A DNA stretch of 64,000 nt from Eledone cirrhosa (GCA_964016885.1 OZ024744.1:37138001-37202000); one strand, 5' to 3'. Counted from the first letter of the stretch, positions 26,242 to 39,611 are shown. Notes: generated by a model not told the origin, from the sequence alone. Made by a program: numbers and translations.

Positions 26242-27990
26242 TTACCTCTCTGCGTCCCGGGTATCGGGCTGCACAATTTCCATTAGGGTGGGGGATGGGT
26301 TGTTGGGTGGGGTGGTGGTTTGTGGAGGTGTAGGGGCATCAGTGTGTTGTGTGGTTGGGGAGTTTGAGTTGTGTGGGTGTTTGGGGAGGGGGTGGGATAG
26401 TTTTTTAGGAGGACGCGGTTAATGGGCCCGACGCAGGGGGGACCCACGTCCTCTTTAAAGTTGTTTTTTTAAAGTTTTATAGGTGTCCTGTGGGGCCTTA
26501 ATCATTTTGAGGTGGGGAAATCCCCTGCCTGGGTGAAGTTAGGCCCTTGGGTTTTTATTAGATTGTTGTTGTACACAATGTTTAACAGTTTTTTTGTTTC
26601 TTGTGTTTATGTATGTGTATGCATGTTTTTTTTTTTGAGTGGTGTTTTTTGTTTGCTGTTGTTGTGAGCTCTTTTGTGTTGGTGTCAGTGCTATGTTTTG
26701 GGGAGGGGTTGTTTTCATTTGTGTGTCTGAGGTGTGTTTTCTTTTTTTTCTTTTGATTGTGTGGAAGTGCTCCTCCTCGTCTGACGACGAACTAGTGTCA
26801 TCTTCCGCGTTGGAGGGGAGGGGTATATTTTCGGGTTGTGTTTGCGGTGCGGGTTTTTGGAAATTGTTTTTTTTTTAGTGTGTGTGTGGGGGGGGGGGTT
26901 GGACATTGTTTTGTTTTGGTTTGAGCTGTGGTGGTTGTTTTTGTAGTGGTAGTTGTGGTGATTGTGTTGGTTGTGCAGTTGTTGGTGGTGTAGGCAGGAT
27001 TGGGGTTTTCTTATTGAGTTGGCGACAAACAGCCCTCAGGTGACATCTGGTTCCGCAGAGGTAACACGAGAGCCGCCTACCCTCAACGGTAATGTTGATG
27101 AAAGTTTGATCATCCAGTATGACGCGTTCAGGGATCTGGGCGATCCTTTCGGGCCTCATTTGAACTACAAGTTCGAGGCTCGTTCCACTGAACACGTCAC
27201 CCGATGCATTTCCCATGGACACCAGCGTGCCATCATCCAGGTCCAGGAAACCTGTCAAAACCCACCATATGTCCATAATCGGCAGGATGGTGTGGATTTT
27301 TATTTTTTGTGTTCTTCTACCCATGTACGTAGGGTAGAAGGTGTATGCGGTGGATGTGATTGGTTAGATGGACAGTTTCACTGCTGTATCCCTGTCCTTC
27401 ATGAGAATGGATAGACTCCCGTAGAGTCTATCCTTCTGAATGAAGGTGATGTCCTTCATGACGTCTTTCAAAACCAGTCTGTGATGGTGGAGCTGGTTTT
27501 TTGCTTTTATTCGAGATTGTCCTAAACATGACAGTGTTTAGGAGTCTCTGGCTTTTTAGTTCCGGGGGGGGGGGGGGGGTGGATCGTGAATGAACTATTT
27601 TCCCCGTACACTATATATTTTTTGACATCTGCCAGTAGCTCCTTCACTTTGGTTATATCTACTGGCAGATAGTCGAGGGTTTTCCTTGCCGTCTCGGCGA
27701 AGGAGAATTTTTTTTTGTTTGTGTTGCTGTTGTAGTTGGTGGTGTTGTTGTTATCATTGTTGTTGCTATCACAGTTATTGGGGTTGTTGTTGTTAGTGGT
27801 GTCCGTCGCATTGTTGTTGTTGTTGCTGTTGCTGGTGCCGCTGGTTCTTTGGTTTGTTGCCATGGCAACGTCAGGTTGTCGGTCAACAGGTGGAGAAAAT
27901 CCTTCCTCTGGCTGACCTTTCTTTTTGACCTCTGCTACTGTGACAGTGGAAGGGGGAAGCTGTAAGCTTATCTTCCCCTTTCCTCCTTCG
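26242..27990 (-). pseudogene. Tx1 copy D ORF1, frameshifted
   Basis: Homologous to copy C ORF1 (ELVVQM.PE.IAQIP.R, knuckle). Ends MEIVQPDTRDAER*. Confidence 0.8.
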
Positions 27991-28000
27991 AATTTTGGTG

Positions 28001-28001
<1 letters not shown>

Positions 28002-28084
<83 letters not shown>
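28002..28084. repeat. (GATA)n microsatellite
   Basis: Perfect run. Confidence 0.95.
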
Positions 28085-28085
<1 letters not shown>

Positions 28086-28550
28086 TTCTTTATTTGCAAC
28101 AGAGGCACAAAAGATGGGGACAAATACAAATATAAAGTTTTGAGTTTACATACAAGCGTATAAAAATAGAACTAATAAATAAATAACAAATAACAATTGA
28201 AATCCCCAATAGAGTGATGGCGTTACACATGGGTTGTACACACCCCGAAAAAATGTACAACCCTCATCTCCAGGAGCACGAAGAGCGAGCGCTCCTTTCT
28301 TCTATTCCACTTTTTCCTCAACATACAGGTTTATATAGAAGGAAGGCCCAACCACTCGGGCCATTCTTGCCACATTCACCCACCTTTCGTAAAATTTGCT
28401 GGGGTGCAGCACCTCTCTTTCCACTCTGATTCTTCTTCTAAAGTGATATTTGAAGAAGCGAACCAGTTGTTCGCCGGGGAGAAAGGAGTCTGACCTCAGC
28501 CCTTTCAGCCTCGTCCACCATATAACTTCTTTCACCATAGCCATTACACT
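28085..28550 (-). mobile_element. 5'-truncated Tx1 copy E (ORF2 end and 3' UTR)
   Basis: KEVIWWTRLKGLRSD..ERWVNVARMARV. (GATA)n at 28563-28583. Confidence 0.9.
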
Positions 28551-29499
28551 ACATTATATTACAGATAGATAGATAGATAGATAACATGATATGAGAATAC
28601 GCGTGGGAAAGAGAAAAATAAAAATAAATCTGGAAGGCAAATGTGCGAAAGTGAGAGCGTATATACGGACATAGATATACAAATTCTAGTCGGGTGTGCA
28701 GCATATAATTCTGCACTCATGACATGCACACGTATTGTATTTAAGTGATAGTGTTCCTAACCGTATGCATACGCATATACACGCACGCATAAATACACAC
28801 ACACAAGCACACACGCATACATACCTATATATAGGTGTGTGTGAGTTTATGTATGTTTGTATATTAATATATGTATGTATTTTTTATGTGTATGTATCTG
28901 TATTTATGTACATATATTCTGACGTACACATTCACACACATTTATATCTATGTACGTGCCAGCTTCTCTGATTTAATACACGACTGTCAGATGTATTTAC
29001 ATTTTTCCGTCCAACTACAGATGATTGTCCGTGAAATCCGAGAGAAAGAAACGTCCCCTAGGACAAGAAATATGTCATTTTTAATCTAATTTAAATTTCT
29101 TTCAATAAAAGCTGGCATATTTCAATGGAAAGAAATGTGCTTACTGCAGTTTTCGTTTTACACGAAATGAACTGCCTCTTCCATTTTTTTCCTTATTAAA
29201 AGTAAATGCACATTTATATTGCATACAAATGAGCATTTAGATTGCGTGGAAATGTGCATTTATATTACATGTAATTTTGCTCCACTATTTCATGTAAACC
29301 CTCACATACATATATATATAAGGAAAAGAAATCGAAAATGCAACTGGAGTCAATTTAAGAATATTTATTTATTTCCTGTACTGGTTTCACAGTTCTTATG
29401 TTTTTCAAAAGTAGAATTGAGATGGAGGGTTTGTGATTTTTCTCACATCTGTTTGGTGTTCGAAAGTTATTTCTTTTATATGTGGAAAGAGTGGCTCGA

Positions 29500-30080
29500 A
29501 TTGCTGGGTTTTTTTAATAATTTGGTTGGGTGATGACTGTCACGTAAATAGGTACAATAAATTTCGTGCCAGTTGGCGTTCCAAAGTTCTTCTTGTATTT
29601 TCCTTACAAAATGTGGCTCAAATTGTTGGTTTTTATAGGTGTAATTTGGTTGGTTGATGACTGTCACGTAAATAAGTACATCAAATTTAGCACCAGTTCG
29701 AGCTTGAGGGTTCTTTATTGTCATTTTCAGAGTCACATGATTGGCCATGTAATATAGGTGTCAGAAAAGGATGGTTTGTCGTAGAAAGTTTTGTGCTAAA
29801 CAAAAGGTAATGGTCAAGAAAAGGGAGTGGGAGAAATAGTTCTGGTTCAGTGAGAATGTCTGATGTCGTGCTGAGGTGTCAAAATTCAGACTTTCTATTG
29901 AAATAAATTGAATGTTTGTGTCGATAGTGGTGGCGGCGAAATTTGATGTACTTATTCATTGACAGTCATCAACCAAACAAATTACACTTATAAAAAACCC
30001 AACAAATTGAGCCTCATTTTTTAAGGCAAATACAATTAGAATTTTGGAACGTGAACTGGCGCGAAATTTATTATACTTAT
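29500..30080. repeat. Unit of about 125 bp present twice in tandem and once inverted; unclassified
   Basis: TAATTTGGTTGG.TGATGACTGTCACGTAAATA at about 29518 and 29642, with its reverse complement at about 29950-29985. Confidence 0.6.
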
Positions 30081-30309
30081 TTAGTTTCAAGTGAACCCGG
30101 TCGATCACGGCTATGATCAAAAGTATGATCTAGTCATGATCTTCACTCCCTTTTGTCATTCTGCTGATACATTCTATCATCTGTCTCGGACTACATTATC
30201 TAATGTGTTCTTGTATATTCTCTTGCCATTTTCGTTCTAAGTTCAGCCGAAATAAACTTCGGAGATCGAATTTTAGGTAGCGTTCAAATCCACTACCATT
30301 ATAATAATG

Positions 30310-30910
30310 ATTTCTACTATAGGCACAACGGCAACACGTTTGGGGAGGTGAAAGTTGATTAAACCAACCACAGTGTATGATTGATACTTTATTTTATCGA
30401 TCCCGTAAGGATGAAAAGCAAAGCTACCCATGGCGAGATTTGAGCTCAGGGCATAAAGGGTCGTAACTCTATACCACAAAACAGGAGGTGCGATGCTCTA
30501 ATGATAATTGTTTTTACTTTTGGCACAAGGCCAGCAATTACCCAGTGCAATACTGGTACTCGACCGCTGTAAAGATGAAAGGCAAAGTTAACCTCGGCGC
30601 GATTTGAACTCAGAATGGCAAGGGCAGTAACTCTATGCGTCAAAGCATAGTGTCCGACCCTCTACCGATACTGCCAATCCACCTGATAATGCCAATCTAG
30701 CTCCCTCACTACCGTAATAATGATAATTTCTAAATTAAGCATAAATCAATCAGTTTGATGGTGGGGGAGTTGACTAAATCTACCCCAGTGCATTACTAGT
30801 ACTTTATTTCATTAAGGCAAAACTAACCTTGATGGGATTTGAACTCAGACCGTAAAAGACTGTAGCTAAATGCTACAAAGCCCTTTGTCCGACATTCTAA
30901 CAATACTGTC
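30310..30910 (-). mobile_element. Three tandem Meta-like tRNA SINE copies
   Basis: Repeated GAAAGGCAAAGTTAACC..GATTTGAACTCAG blocks separated by ATT-rich tails. Confidence 0.75.
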
Positions 30911-31394
30911 AATATACCGGTCATAAAACATATATACTATATATATATATGAGATTCTCTTATCTTTGCTTTTAATTTCATCTATTTTTCGAGAAAATCT
31001 TTTTACCGTTGAAGGTTGAGAGAGTGTAATATTTCTCAATAATACTGCAGTGCTGTTCCGAAATTGCTTTATTCGCAGACATCTTTTTTTTCCATACCCA
31101 TCTATATATCGCAGTAGTAATTAAGCGCCACAATCGATTTTGATTTTTATCCATATATATTTCATACTTGTAACTGAATGAAGGATTCAGCCAACAAAAT
31201 TACTGAATATTTCTTTTTTTTTTCTTAATTAAATGTTTAGACGGAACAGCTGCAGTTACTAAACAATTTTATTGGTGTTAAAAGATTTCTACCTTAGGCT
31301 TTTAACGTTTGATGGTACCAATGTTAAACTTATCGAAAAGAAAATCTGTATTACATGAATGTATATAAGGTATGTATATATTCCACAGACACGT

Positions 31395-31630
31395 GTACCG
31401 TTAACGTAATTCTCAAGTGCAATCAACATGACAGAGTGTGACTAGGTGTCACGGTCGAAATTATAGGTAAAGTCAATCCGACGGGCTTCTGTGTAGTTGC
31501 CGTTTAAGGAATTTCACTCAAAAGGCTTGGATCAAGCCGGCGTTGTATACTTGCTGAAGGTGCCATAAACTGGGACTGAACGCAGGATTACAAATGCTGA
31601 GGCGAACCGCTTAAGTAATTGACAGCACAC
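31395..31630 (-). mobile_element. Degenerate tRNA-derived SINE of another family
   Basis: GTTCAGTCCCA B-box-like head. GTCACACTCTG..GAGAATTACGTTAACGGTAC tail. Confidence 0.45.
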
Positions 31631-31985
31631 ATACGCACACACACATTCTTATAAATAAATAAATTAATAAATAAATAAATAAATGTATATATTGTTATAC
31701 TTGGGGAGGGTCATATTGTTGTAATAATATTGCCAGAAATAATAACAGAACACATTCACTGTTTGGTTGGTTTTCACTTCTGTATCTTTTATATCTCAAT
31801 AGTTAATTATTTATTTGACAGTCAATGTCTATCATTGATTGACCAATGGTTAAACATACAGATATAAATATATATATATAGTCTATCAAAGTTCTTTCGT
31901 TGCACATCTGCAACATCATCAGTGGTACTATTATGTTTCCTCCCATTGTATTGTATTGTACTGTAATGTCTACGCGATTTTTATT

Positions 31986-32036
<51 letters not shown>

Positions 32037-32044
32037 TTCTTGTA

Positions 32045-32665
32045 TGTATGTATGCGCCGGGTCACTCTTGAGTGCTACTGGTAACATGTAACTCAGTACA
32101 ACCTGTCGCATGGACGGATCGTCAGCGACTAACCCGGCAACCCCACCAAGTTTACTTGGTGAGGAGAGTGATTTTGGACATCCTGCAGGACAAAAAGACA
32201 AAACCTGACAATGGGCGGAAGAACTCATAAGGGTCAACGGCCATACAAAAGTGTGTAAATATGTATATACACATGTACATATGTATATGTATATGTGTAT
32301 ATACATGGTTGCATGTGTATGAATATGCGCGGGGACATAGAAATAGTCAGGCTGGACACGCGATCGCGTGGTTAAACCACTGGGAGTGAAGGACCCCTAG
32401 CCTTTTTCAGGGCATTCTTCTAGGAGAAGGCAACTCAGGAAACTGGAATAACTCCGACATAAAACCTACGGCTCAGTAGTTACCGATGATGTTGATCTTT
32501 TCTTCTTTTCGGATTATAGCTACTGTCTCTGAGAGAGTGGGATTGGCTCAGTGCACAGTCTTTCCTCACTTTAAAAAAATCTTAACTCACAGGCATTGCA
32601 CGATAGAATTAATTAATAATTATTAATAATGGTATATCGTGCAATGGCCATACTCGATAACGAGG
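32045..32665 (+). mobile_element. Possible RTE-like LINE 5' UTR fragments
   Basis: GC-richer island containing CTAGGAGAAGGCAACTC. No ORF. Confidence 0.3.
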
Positions 32666-32998
32666 GGGCAGTCATCATGTATGTATGTGTATGTATGTGT
32701 ATATATGTGTATGTATGTATATACATATATGTCTGTTTACATGCCTTTATGTAATTGTATATATTTTTGTACGACAGTGTCTTCACGTACGGTTTGTGCG
32801 TGCGTGTGTATGTTTGTATGTGTATGTGTGTGTAAGTGTATATATATGTCTGTTTACATGCCTTTATATAATAGTATGTATTTTTGTACGGCAGTGTCTT
32901 TACCTACGACCTGTGCCTGTAGCCTCACGAAGTGAATCCAGTTCTATAGCCACATATTTACAAATATGTGTGTGTCTGTGTATCTAGATATGAATGTG

Positions 32999-33030
<32 letters not shown>

Positions 33031-33798
33031 AACACGTCCCCACCCCCAACAAATATACATACGTACATATCGAACAAAATCAGTGAAAGATAAATTCAGA
33101 TTGTTAAGAGCTAAACTTATAACACTAGCCTTTTTGGCTAGTTGGACAAATACTGTAGAACAAAATTAAGAAATACTATAAAAATTGACCAGAAGGAGAA
33201 AAATAATAAAACAAAATGTATAAAGTATGGTAATATATGAATGAAAAGAAAGTAAAAATGGCCGACTTCTAAAGGATGAATATTTCCATTGTAAGGATTC
33301 GATCACGTCAAGTTGAAATGAAATTCAAGAAAATAAAAAAATAGAGTGCTAACTGGCGCAGAAGCAAGGGCAATGTTTTTCTTTATTGCTATTGATATCA
33401 ACGAAGAGCATGCTTCAAGATAATAAAGAACATTGTGAAGCATGTCACTCTAGTTAATGCATGTACGTTTATATTAAACTAAATGTATGTAGACATAAAT
33501 TTGTGCAAACAAAAAAAGATAGTGTGTTATCACTTGATTAATAAGCCATCTCAGAAACTTATAGAGATTTTTATACCTAGGAGCCTGTTGACAACCTATT
33601 TGTTTTCATTTCATCAGTTTTTTTAACATTGGTATCAAAACTGAGAGTAGAAATACATCAATTTTTTACATTGTTTAACTATACTTATTCTCCATAGATG
33701 AACATTTGAATTATATCTATATCTACACCCGCTCTCTTTTGCTCTCTCTCTGTCTCTCTGCCTGTCTCTCTCTGTCTCTGTCTCTCTCTCTCTCTGTC

Positions 33799-33879
<81 letters not shown>

Positions 33880-34078
33880 ATATATATATATATATATATA
33901 TTAATATAAGGATAAAGAACATCATAACTACATGTGTTGCATCATAAAATATTAAATAATATATTACATATGTTTCACTGGTCAATCACCTCGAAGAACG
34001 ATCTATTATTGATCGAACCTGATTCTGAAATCGGAAAATCCACAGATATGCTTCAATATGTAAGCTAGTCTAGAGGGC

Positions 34079-34177
<99 letters not shown>

Positions 34178-34343
34178 TATCCATGAAACCTAAGGTAGTG
34201 TTATAAAATTTCGATCCACAAGAAATTAGGTTTGTTTGCTTCAATAGAAAGTTCATTTTCCTTCTTTTTAATTGTCACTAAATCACACACTCACACAGAT
34301 ACACACACGCACATACACACACACGCACACACGCGCGCACAAA

Positions 34344-34381
<38 letters not shown>

Positions 34382-34510
34382 TGTATATATATATATATAC
34401 CTTTTCTGCTTCATCTCTATTGGTGTAAAACAGTTGCTTTTAAGTCTGCGTAGATAGCTGTTAGAAAATCCGTAGTGCAAGATGCAGCGACCTCACCTTA
34501 AACTACAAAC

Positions 34511-34615
34511 TCTTTCTGACGAAGTGCAGTCTTTTATCTAATGCTTGTGATTGACCATAATCATAATATGCAATCAGCGCTTGTAGAGTAATGTTGTACT
34601 GAAACGTATTAAAGA
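34511..34615 (+). ncRNA. Type I hammerhead ribozyme with enlarged loop II
   Basis: TCTTT-CTGACGA-AGTGCA (66 nt) TGTACT-GAAA-CGTA-TT-AAAGA. Confidence 0.65.
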
Positions 34616-34866
34616 ATGGATTCTAATAACATTTTATCTCTTCTAACCTTCACTTCATGCCTAGTCGTTTATTTTTTCCTAGTACTATACCTTTAAATTT
34701 ATAATTATTCTGTGATTTTCCACTTGGATACTGTACATTGAACTCTCAAGTCGTACTATTACCGTACCTCCGGCAATGACTTTGTCGAGAAAAATACTTT
34801 GGTAAGCAATCTTGTTTACTTTGTTTGCACATTGATTCACAAACAAATTTTAACCTGATATAACTT

Positions 34867-34959
<93 letters not shown>

Positions 34960-35009
34960 AATAACGAAACGAAATTAAATTTCGCTTCGTTTGTAACTCA
35001 CTTTTGTAT

Positions 35010-35350
35010 ATATATGTCTCTCTCGTCTACGACTTCACAGAACTTATGTTCACCGAATTCAGTGACTAGACTCCTTCTTCCTCCCGTTTGCCCTGTGCGA
35101 AATTCTTTCCTTGTTCACATTTCGACTAGGTTTGATGGTCTTTATTCATCGATTTCTGGGACTTGACTCCTTCTTCCTCACTTTTCCTTGCATTACCATC
35201 TTTGATTGTTTACAGTCTCGCTCGTTCCCCTTATTTACGTGTCCCAACGACTTCCTTTAGCCGTTGCTCGCACCAACCAGAGGTATATGGTCTTTAAAGC
35301 GATGAAATAACAATGAAGGTTGGAAGATCACTGATGAAGGACTAAATTTA

Positions 35351-35353
<3 letters not shown>
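35010..35353 (+). repeat. Short (TA)n-embedded repeat; diverged inverted copy at 41749-42000
   Basis: Shared GTCTCGCTCG..TTACGTGTCCCAA..GCTCGCACCA..GAGGTATATG..GGTTGGAAGATCACTGATGA. Confidence 0.7.
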
Positions 35354-35393
<40 letters not shown>

Positions 35394-35433
35394 TGGTATA
35401 ATAATTTCACCCATCCTCCTCAATAAAGCCTTA

Positions 35434-37233
35434 ATGTTGGCCATGAGAGTGTCCAGCCTTACACGATCGCAGGTAGATATTATACTAGCAGCCCGTAAAA
35501 ACACGCCCAATAATTTCGACGTTACAATGGGTTCGAGTGATTCGGCCCAGGTTACTGATCTTGTTGGGTTGTTCCTCCTTAATGAAATATACGTTACCTT
35601 CCCGCACCTTATAGGCGGACTATATCGTGATGATGCATTGTTTGTAATTAACTCTAGCACCAACAATGTAGAACATAATAAGAAGAAGCTTTATAAGTTT
35701 TTTAAAAGCTACAACCTTTCGATCACGATAGATAGAAATGATAGAGCGGTTAACTTTTTAGATGTGACTTTGGACTTGGTCACTAATAGTTTTAAACCCT
35801 TCCATAAGCCTAATGAAATTCTTTCTTATGTTAGCCCCAACTCTAACCACCCTAAGTCTATGATAAACTCTATAATTAAGGGCGTATCTAATAGGATTTC
35901 CACACTCTCTAAGGGCATAGGAACATGTAATGAACATGCGGAGTACTACAATAATGCCCTAGCAAATTCAGGTCACTCTAGTAAAATACATTATAATAAT
36001 AGTAACCTTAGAAAGTCTCGGCTTACTCTTAATAATAATAACATTATATCACATAACATGGCCATGAATGGGAGTAGCAAATATAGTAACCGTAAAAATT
36101 ATATAGGTGTATCTGAACCCATCCATAAGTTAACCTACCGGACTCGTAATAGCAAATATAATACCTCTAGGAGACAAGTTGAACCCCCTGTGCGCTCACG
36201 CATTGGTGTTGGTTTTGCTGGATCTTATTCTAATAATGTTGCTCCTACTGATCCTATCACTGGCCCTAATCCTCTTGAAGGGATTCCGGACAGCAGCAGA
36301 TCTACTGGAGGTAGAAACTATAATAGACATAACGTAATTATGGCTGATTCTATGAATGTGGCTTCAACTAATCCTGCTAGTAACCCTAGTCTCGACGGTG
36401 GGACATTTGATAAAGGTAGGGTCGGTAAGAATAAAAATAGAAGGCGATTAAATACTTATTTCAACCCGCCATATAATCAGGATGTATCAACTAATATCCC
36501 TAGGTCTTTCTTCACTATCTTAGAGAAAAATTTCCGCCCTTCTCATATATACCATGGTATTTTTAATAAAAATGTTATTAAACTCTCATTCTCTACCACC
36601 CCTAATATTAGTTCTCATTTAGCTAGCACTAATAATAGGAAAATTAGGGATGGATTCTCCTCTCTACATACTACTAGTCTGAACAGATCTGACAATGCTT
36701 TACCACCGGAACAGTCCTTATCTAATAGAAGTTCTACGTGTAATACATCACCACTCGAGCCAACCAATAACACCCGGAAGTGCAATTGTAGAGTGAGTGT
36801 TAACTGCCCTTTAAACGGTAACAGCCTTTCTAAGAACATTGTCTACGCTTGCGAAGTTATAACTAATTCCTCTAATAGAACTTATATAGGATCTACTTCA
36901 AACACTTTTAAGACTAGGTTTAACTCTCATATCTCTAACTTCAAACATGTTAGGTTTAAGAATTCTACTTCTTTAACGCATTATATCTGGGATCTTAAGG
37001 GAGCTTATATACCATATAGCCTTAACTGGCGTTTAGTAGCACGCTCTAACCACCTTTCTACACATAGTAAGTTTTGTAATCTCTGTATACTCGAGACACA
37101 CTCTATAATTTTCTCTAGCGTATCCTTACTTAATAGAAAGTCTGAGATATTCTCTTCTTGCCCCCACGCCATTTCTAATTCTTACTTTTATTATAAACCC
37201 AAACGTTCTAGTAGTACAAATTGTACCCATTAG
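35434..37233 (+). CDS. PLE polyprotein C-terminal part: RT (YRDD), thumb, linker, GIY-YIG endonuclease
   Basis: FDVTMGS, GLYRDD, VNFLDVTLDL, SNHP, FNPPY, CNCR..CPLNG, NIVY..YIGST, CNLC, LLNRKSE. Lacks the RT N-terminus. Confidence 0.9.
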   Translation: MLAMRVSSLTRSQVDIILAARKNTPNNFDVTMGSSDSAQVTDLVGLFLLNEIYVTFPHLIGGLYRDDALFVINSSTNNVEHNKKKLYKFFKSYNLSITIDRNDRAVNFLDVTLDLVTNSFKPFHKPNEILSYVSPNSNHPKSMINSIIKGVSNRISTLSKGIGTCNEHAEYYNNALANSGHSSKIHYNNSNLRKSRLTLNNNNIISHNMAMNGSSKYSNRKNYIGVSEPIHKLTYRTRNSKYNTSRRQVEPPVRSRIGVGFAGSYSNNVAPTDPITGPNPLEGIPDSSRSTGGRNYNRHNVIMADSMNVASTNPASNPSLDGGTFDKGRVGKNKNRRRLNTYFNPPYNQDVSTNIPRSFFTILEKNFRPSHIYHGIFNKNVIKLSFSTTPNISSHLASTNNRKIRDGFSSLHTTSLNRSDNALPPEQSLSNRSSTCNTSPLEPTNNTRKCNCRVSVNCPLNGNSLSKNIVYACEVITNSSNRTYIGSTSNTFKTRFNSHISNFKHVRFKNSTSLTHYIWDLKGAYIPYSLNWRLVARSNHLSTHSKFCNLCILETHSIIFSSVSLLNRKSEIFSSCPHAISNSYFYYKPKRSSSTNCTH

Positions 37234-37439
37234 CAGATATATTCCATTACTTATTTTTTAGTTTAGGTTCTTTTGTTTGCCAACATTATTGTTATCATCA
37301 TTATTACCATTGGTTTTTCATGACTCTCCATTCTAGCTCTCATAATCATTTGGCTACTGTACCATATCTATGTTTTCACTATTACACCTTGTTAATATAT
37401 ATAAGATTACACACTTTACGCCATTTACTTTATTCTATT

Positions 37440-37830
37440 ATCTTTATTTTTATTTTTATTATTAATTTTATTTTTATTTTTATTTTTATTTTTATTTTTA
37501 ATTCTATTTTTATTTTTTATTTTTTATTTTTTATTTTTTATTTTTTATTTTTTATTTTTTATTTTTTATTTTTTATTTTTTATTTTTTATTTTTTATTTT
37601 TTATTTTTTATTTTTTATTTTTTATTTTTTATTTTTTATTTTTTATTTTTTATTTTTTATTTTTTATTTTTTATTTTTTATTTTTTATTTTTTATTTTTT
37701 ATTTTTTATTTTTTATTTTTTTTTTATTTTTTTATTTTTTATTTTTTATTTTTTATTTTTTTTTTTTTATTTTTTTTTTTTATTTTTTTTTTTTTATTTT
37801 TTTTTTTTATTTTTTTTTTTTTTTTTTATT
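37440..37830. repeat. (TTTTTA)n/(TTTTTTA)n microsatellite
   Basis: Direct reading. Confidence 0.9.
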
Positions 37831-38480
37831 CAGATTCATCTTTGGATAACCCCCCTTCCCCATCCCCCCATGCGCACATAAACTTATTGTCAACCCCTCC
37901 AGATTGACTATGATTATATTTAACCCCCCCCCTCTTTTACGCTCCGTTCTATTATTTATTATAGTATATCGACTATATTTTATGCCCCTTAGCACCCTTC
38001 ATATATTTCATCAATTCTGTCCCCATTAGCCTACCTTAATTCTACTTAAGTCAGTTTTTTAGATATCGTTATGTATATGATAGTAAAAAATTTCATTCCT
38101 TTTTGTAAACATTTGTAACGAAACATTAAAGTTTATAAACTTTAATGACTTAAACTACAGCTAATATTATACTACCTTATTGGATAGTTTTGATATTTTT
38201 AATATTAATTTATCAAATAGGGTTTTGAGTCAATTAAAATGATTGTTTTCCTTAGTGTTTACCTAACTTCTTAACCGCATGTGAGGCCTAAGTGTGTATA
38301 TATTTGCTTTTGTTTTGTAATTTCCGGTTGATTATATTTATTTATTTTATTCTATATTCTATTTACTATTCACTGTCTGGCTTTACTTACACATCCACAT
38401 ATGTCTGTCTACTAACCTTGTAATTATAAGTATTTATATATTATTTTATGTCAATTTATAATATATTATATTATATTGTA

Positions 38481-38662
38481 TTGTAATATTGATCCTTATT
38501 ACTTACTGTTCATTATATGTAACATTATGATATTTAAACTTTATATATCATGTAAGATGTCTGTATTTTTGTAATATTGTAATATTGATCCTTATTACTT
38601 ACTGTTCATTATATGTAACATTATGATATTTAGACTTTACATATCATGTAAGATGTCTGTAT
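38481..38662. repeat. Tandem duplication of about 90 bp
   Basis: TTGTAATATTGATCCTTATTAC...GATGTCTGTAT occurs twice. Confidence 0.85.
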
Positions 38663-39067
38663 ATTTTTTTATGCACCATCATAATTTTTTCTGTACCATT
38701 ATAGTGTTTTTTTGAGGATTATATAATTAATTTTTCCTCATTTACTCTGTAACCCAGTATGAATCGATTTGTATATATTGTTTATTGTAAATGTTAGTAC
38801 ACTGTTAACATATTATCATTATATTTTATTGTGACATCTATATTGTTTCTGTAAATTAACCGGGGATTATCTATTATATTATATTGAATTATATAATTTT
38901 ATTGTTTATTAGTTATTATATGTGTCTCTTGTAATTATATCATATTATTGCCTCATGTATATTGGGTAGATGTATTGGTATTATTTTCACTCTTATCATG
39001 CTTATTTTTATATTCAAACTTCTAATAAGGCTTAATTTGTGTAGTTGAACATAGATGTGCGTATTGT

Positions 39068-39109
<42 letters not shown>

Positions 39110-39412
39110 CATATATACATGTATATATTGTACCTTTTGATTTTTAATTGTAATTTTAATGTTGGTAAGGGTATATTATTATAATGTATTATGTTATATT
39201 ACATTGTGTTATATATAATTCCTGCTCTATATAACCACATTTGTTTAGATTTAGGTTAGTTGCTTTGGACTATATTTGTAATATGGTTCTTAATGTTATA
39301 TACATCCTTAGTTATTCTTATTATATATTTTTGCAAGACTTTAGTGTATGTACACTCCATATTCTTCGGAGCTTCCGGCTTGTATCTGCCGATATTACTT
39401 CTTGTTTTGATT

Positions 39413-39450
39413 GCCCTGATGAGTCCTTAATAGGACGAAACATTGTCGGC
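39413..39450 (+). ncRNA. Minimal type I hammerhead ribozyme of the Naiad element
   Basis: GCC-CTGATGA-GTCCT taat AGGAC-GAAA-CATTG-TC-GGC, then AATAAA. Confidence 0.9.
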
Positions 39451-39495
39451 TAATAAAAACTTTTGATGTATTAAAGGATTCTTTGTTTTACTCTC

Positions 39496-39611
<116 letters not shown>

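Larger units (their letters stand above)
22585..28001 (-). mobile_element. Near full-length degenerate L1/Tx1 LINE copy D, (ATCT)n-associated
   Basis: ORF1 remnants (CYLCGTRCHLRAVC), ORF2 with a 595-aa RT segment, GATA runs on both sides. Confidence 0.95.

Noticed and set aside
37221-37907. 228-aa hydrophobic ORF
   Set aside because: Translation of the (TTTTTTA)n microsatellite.
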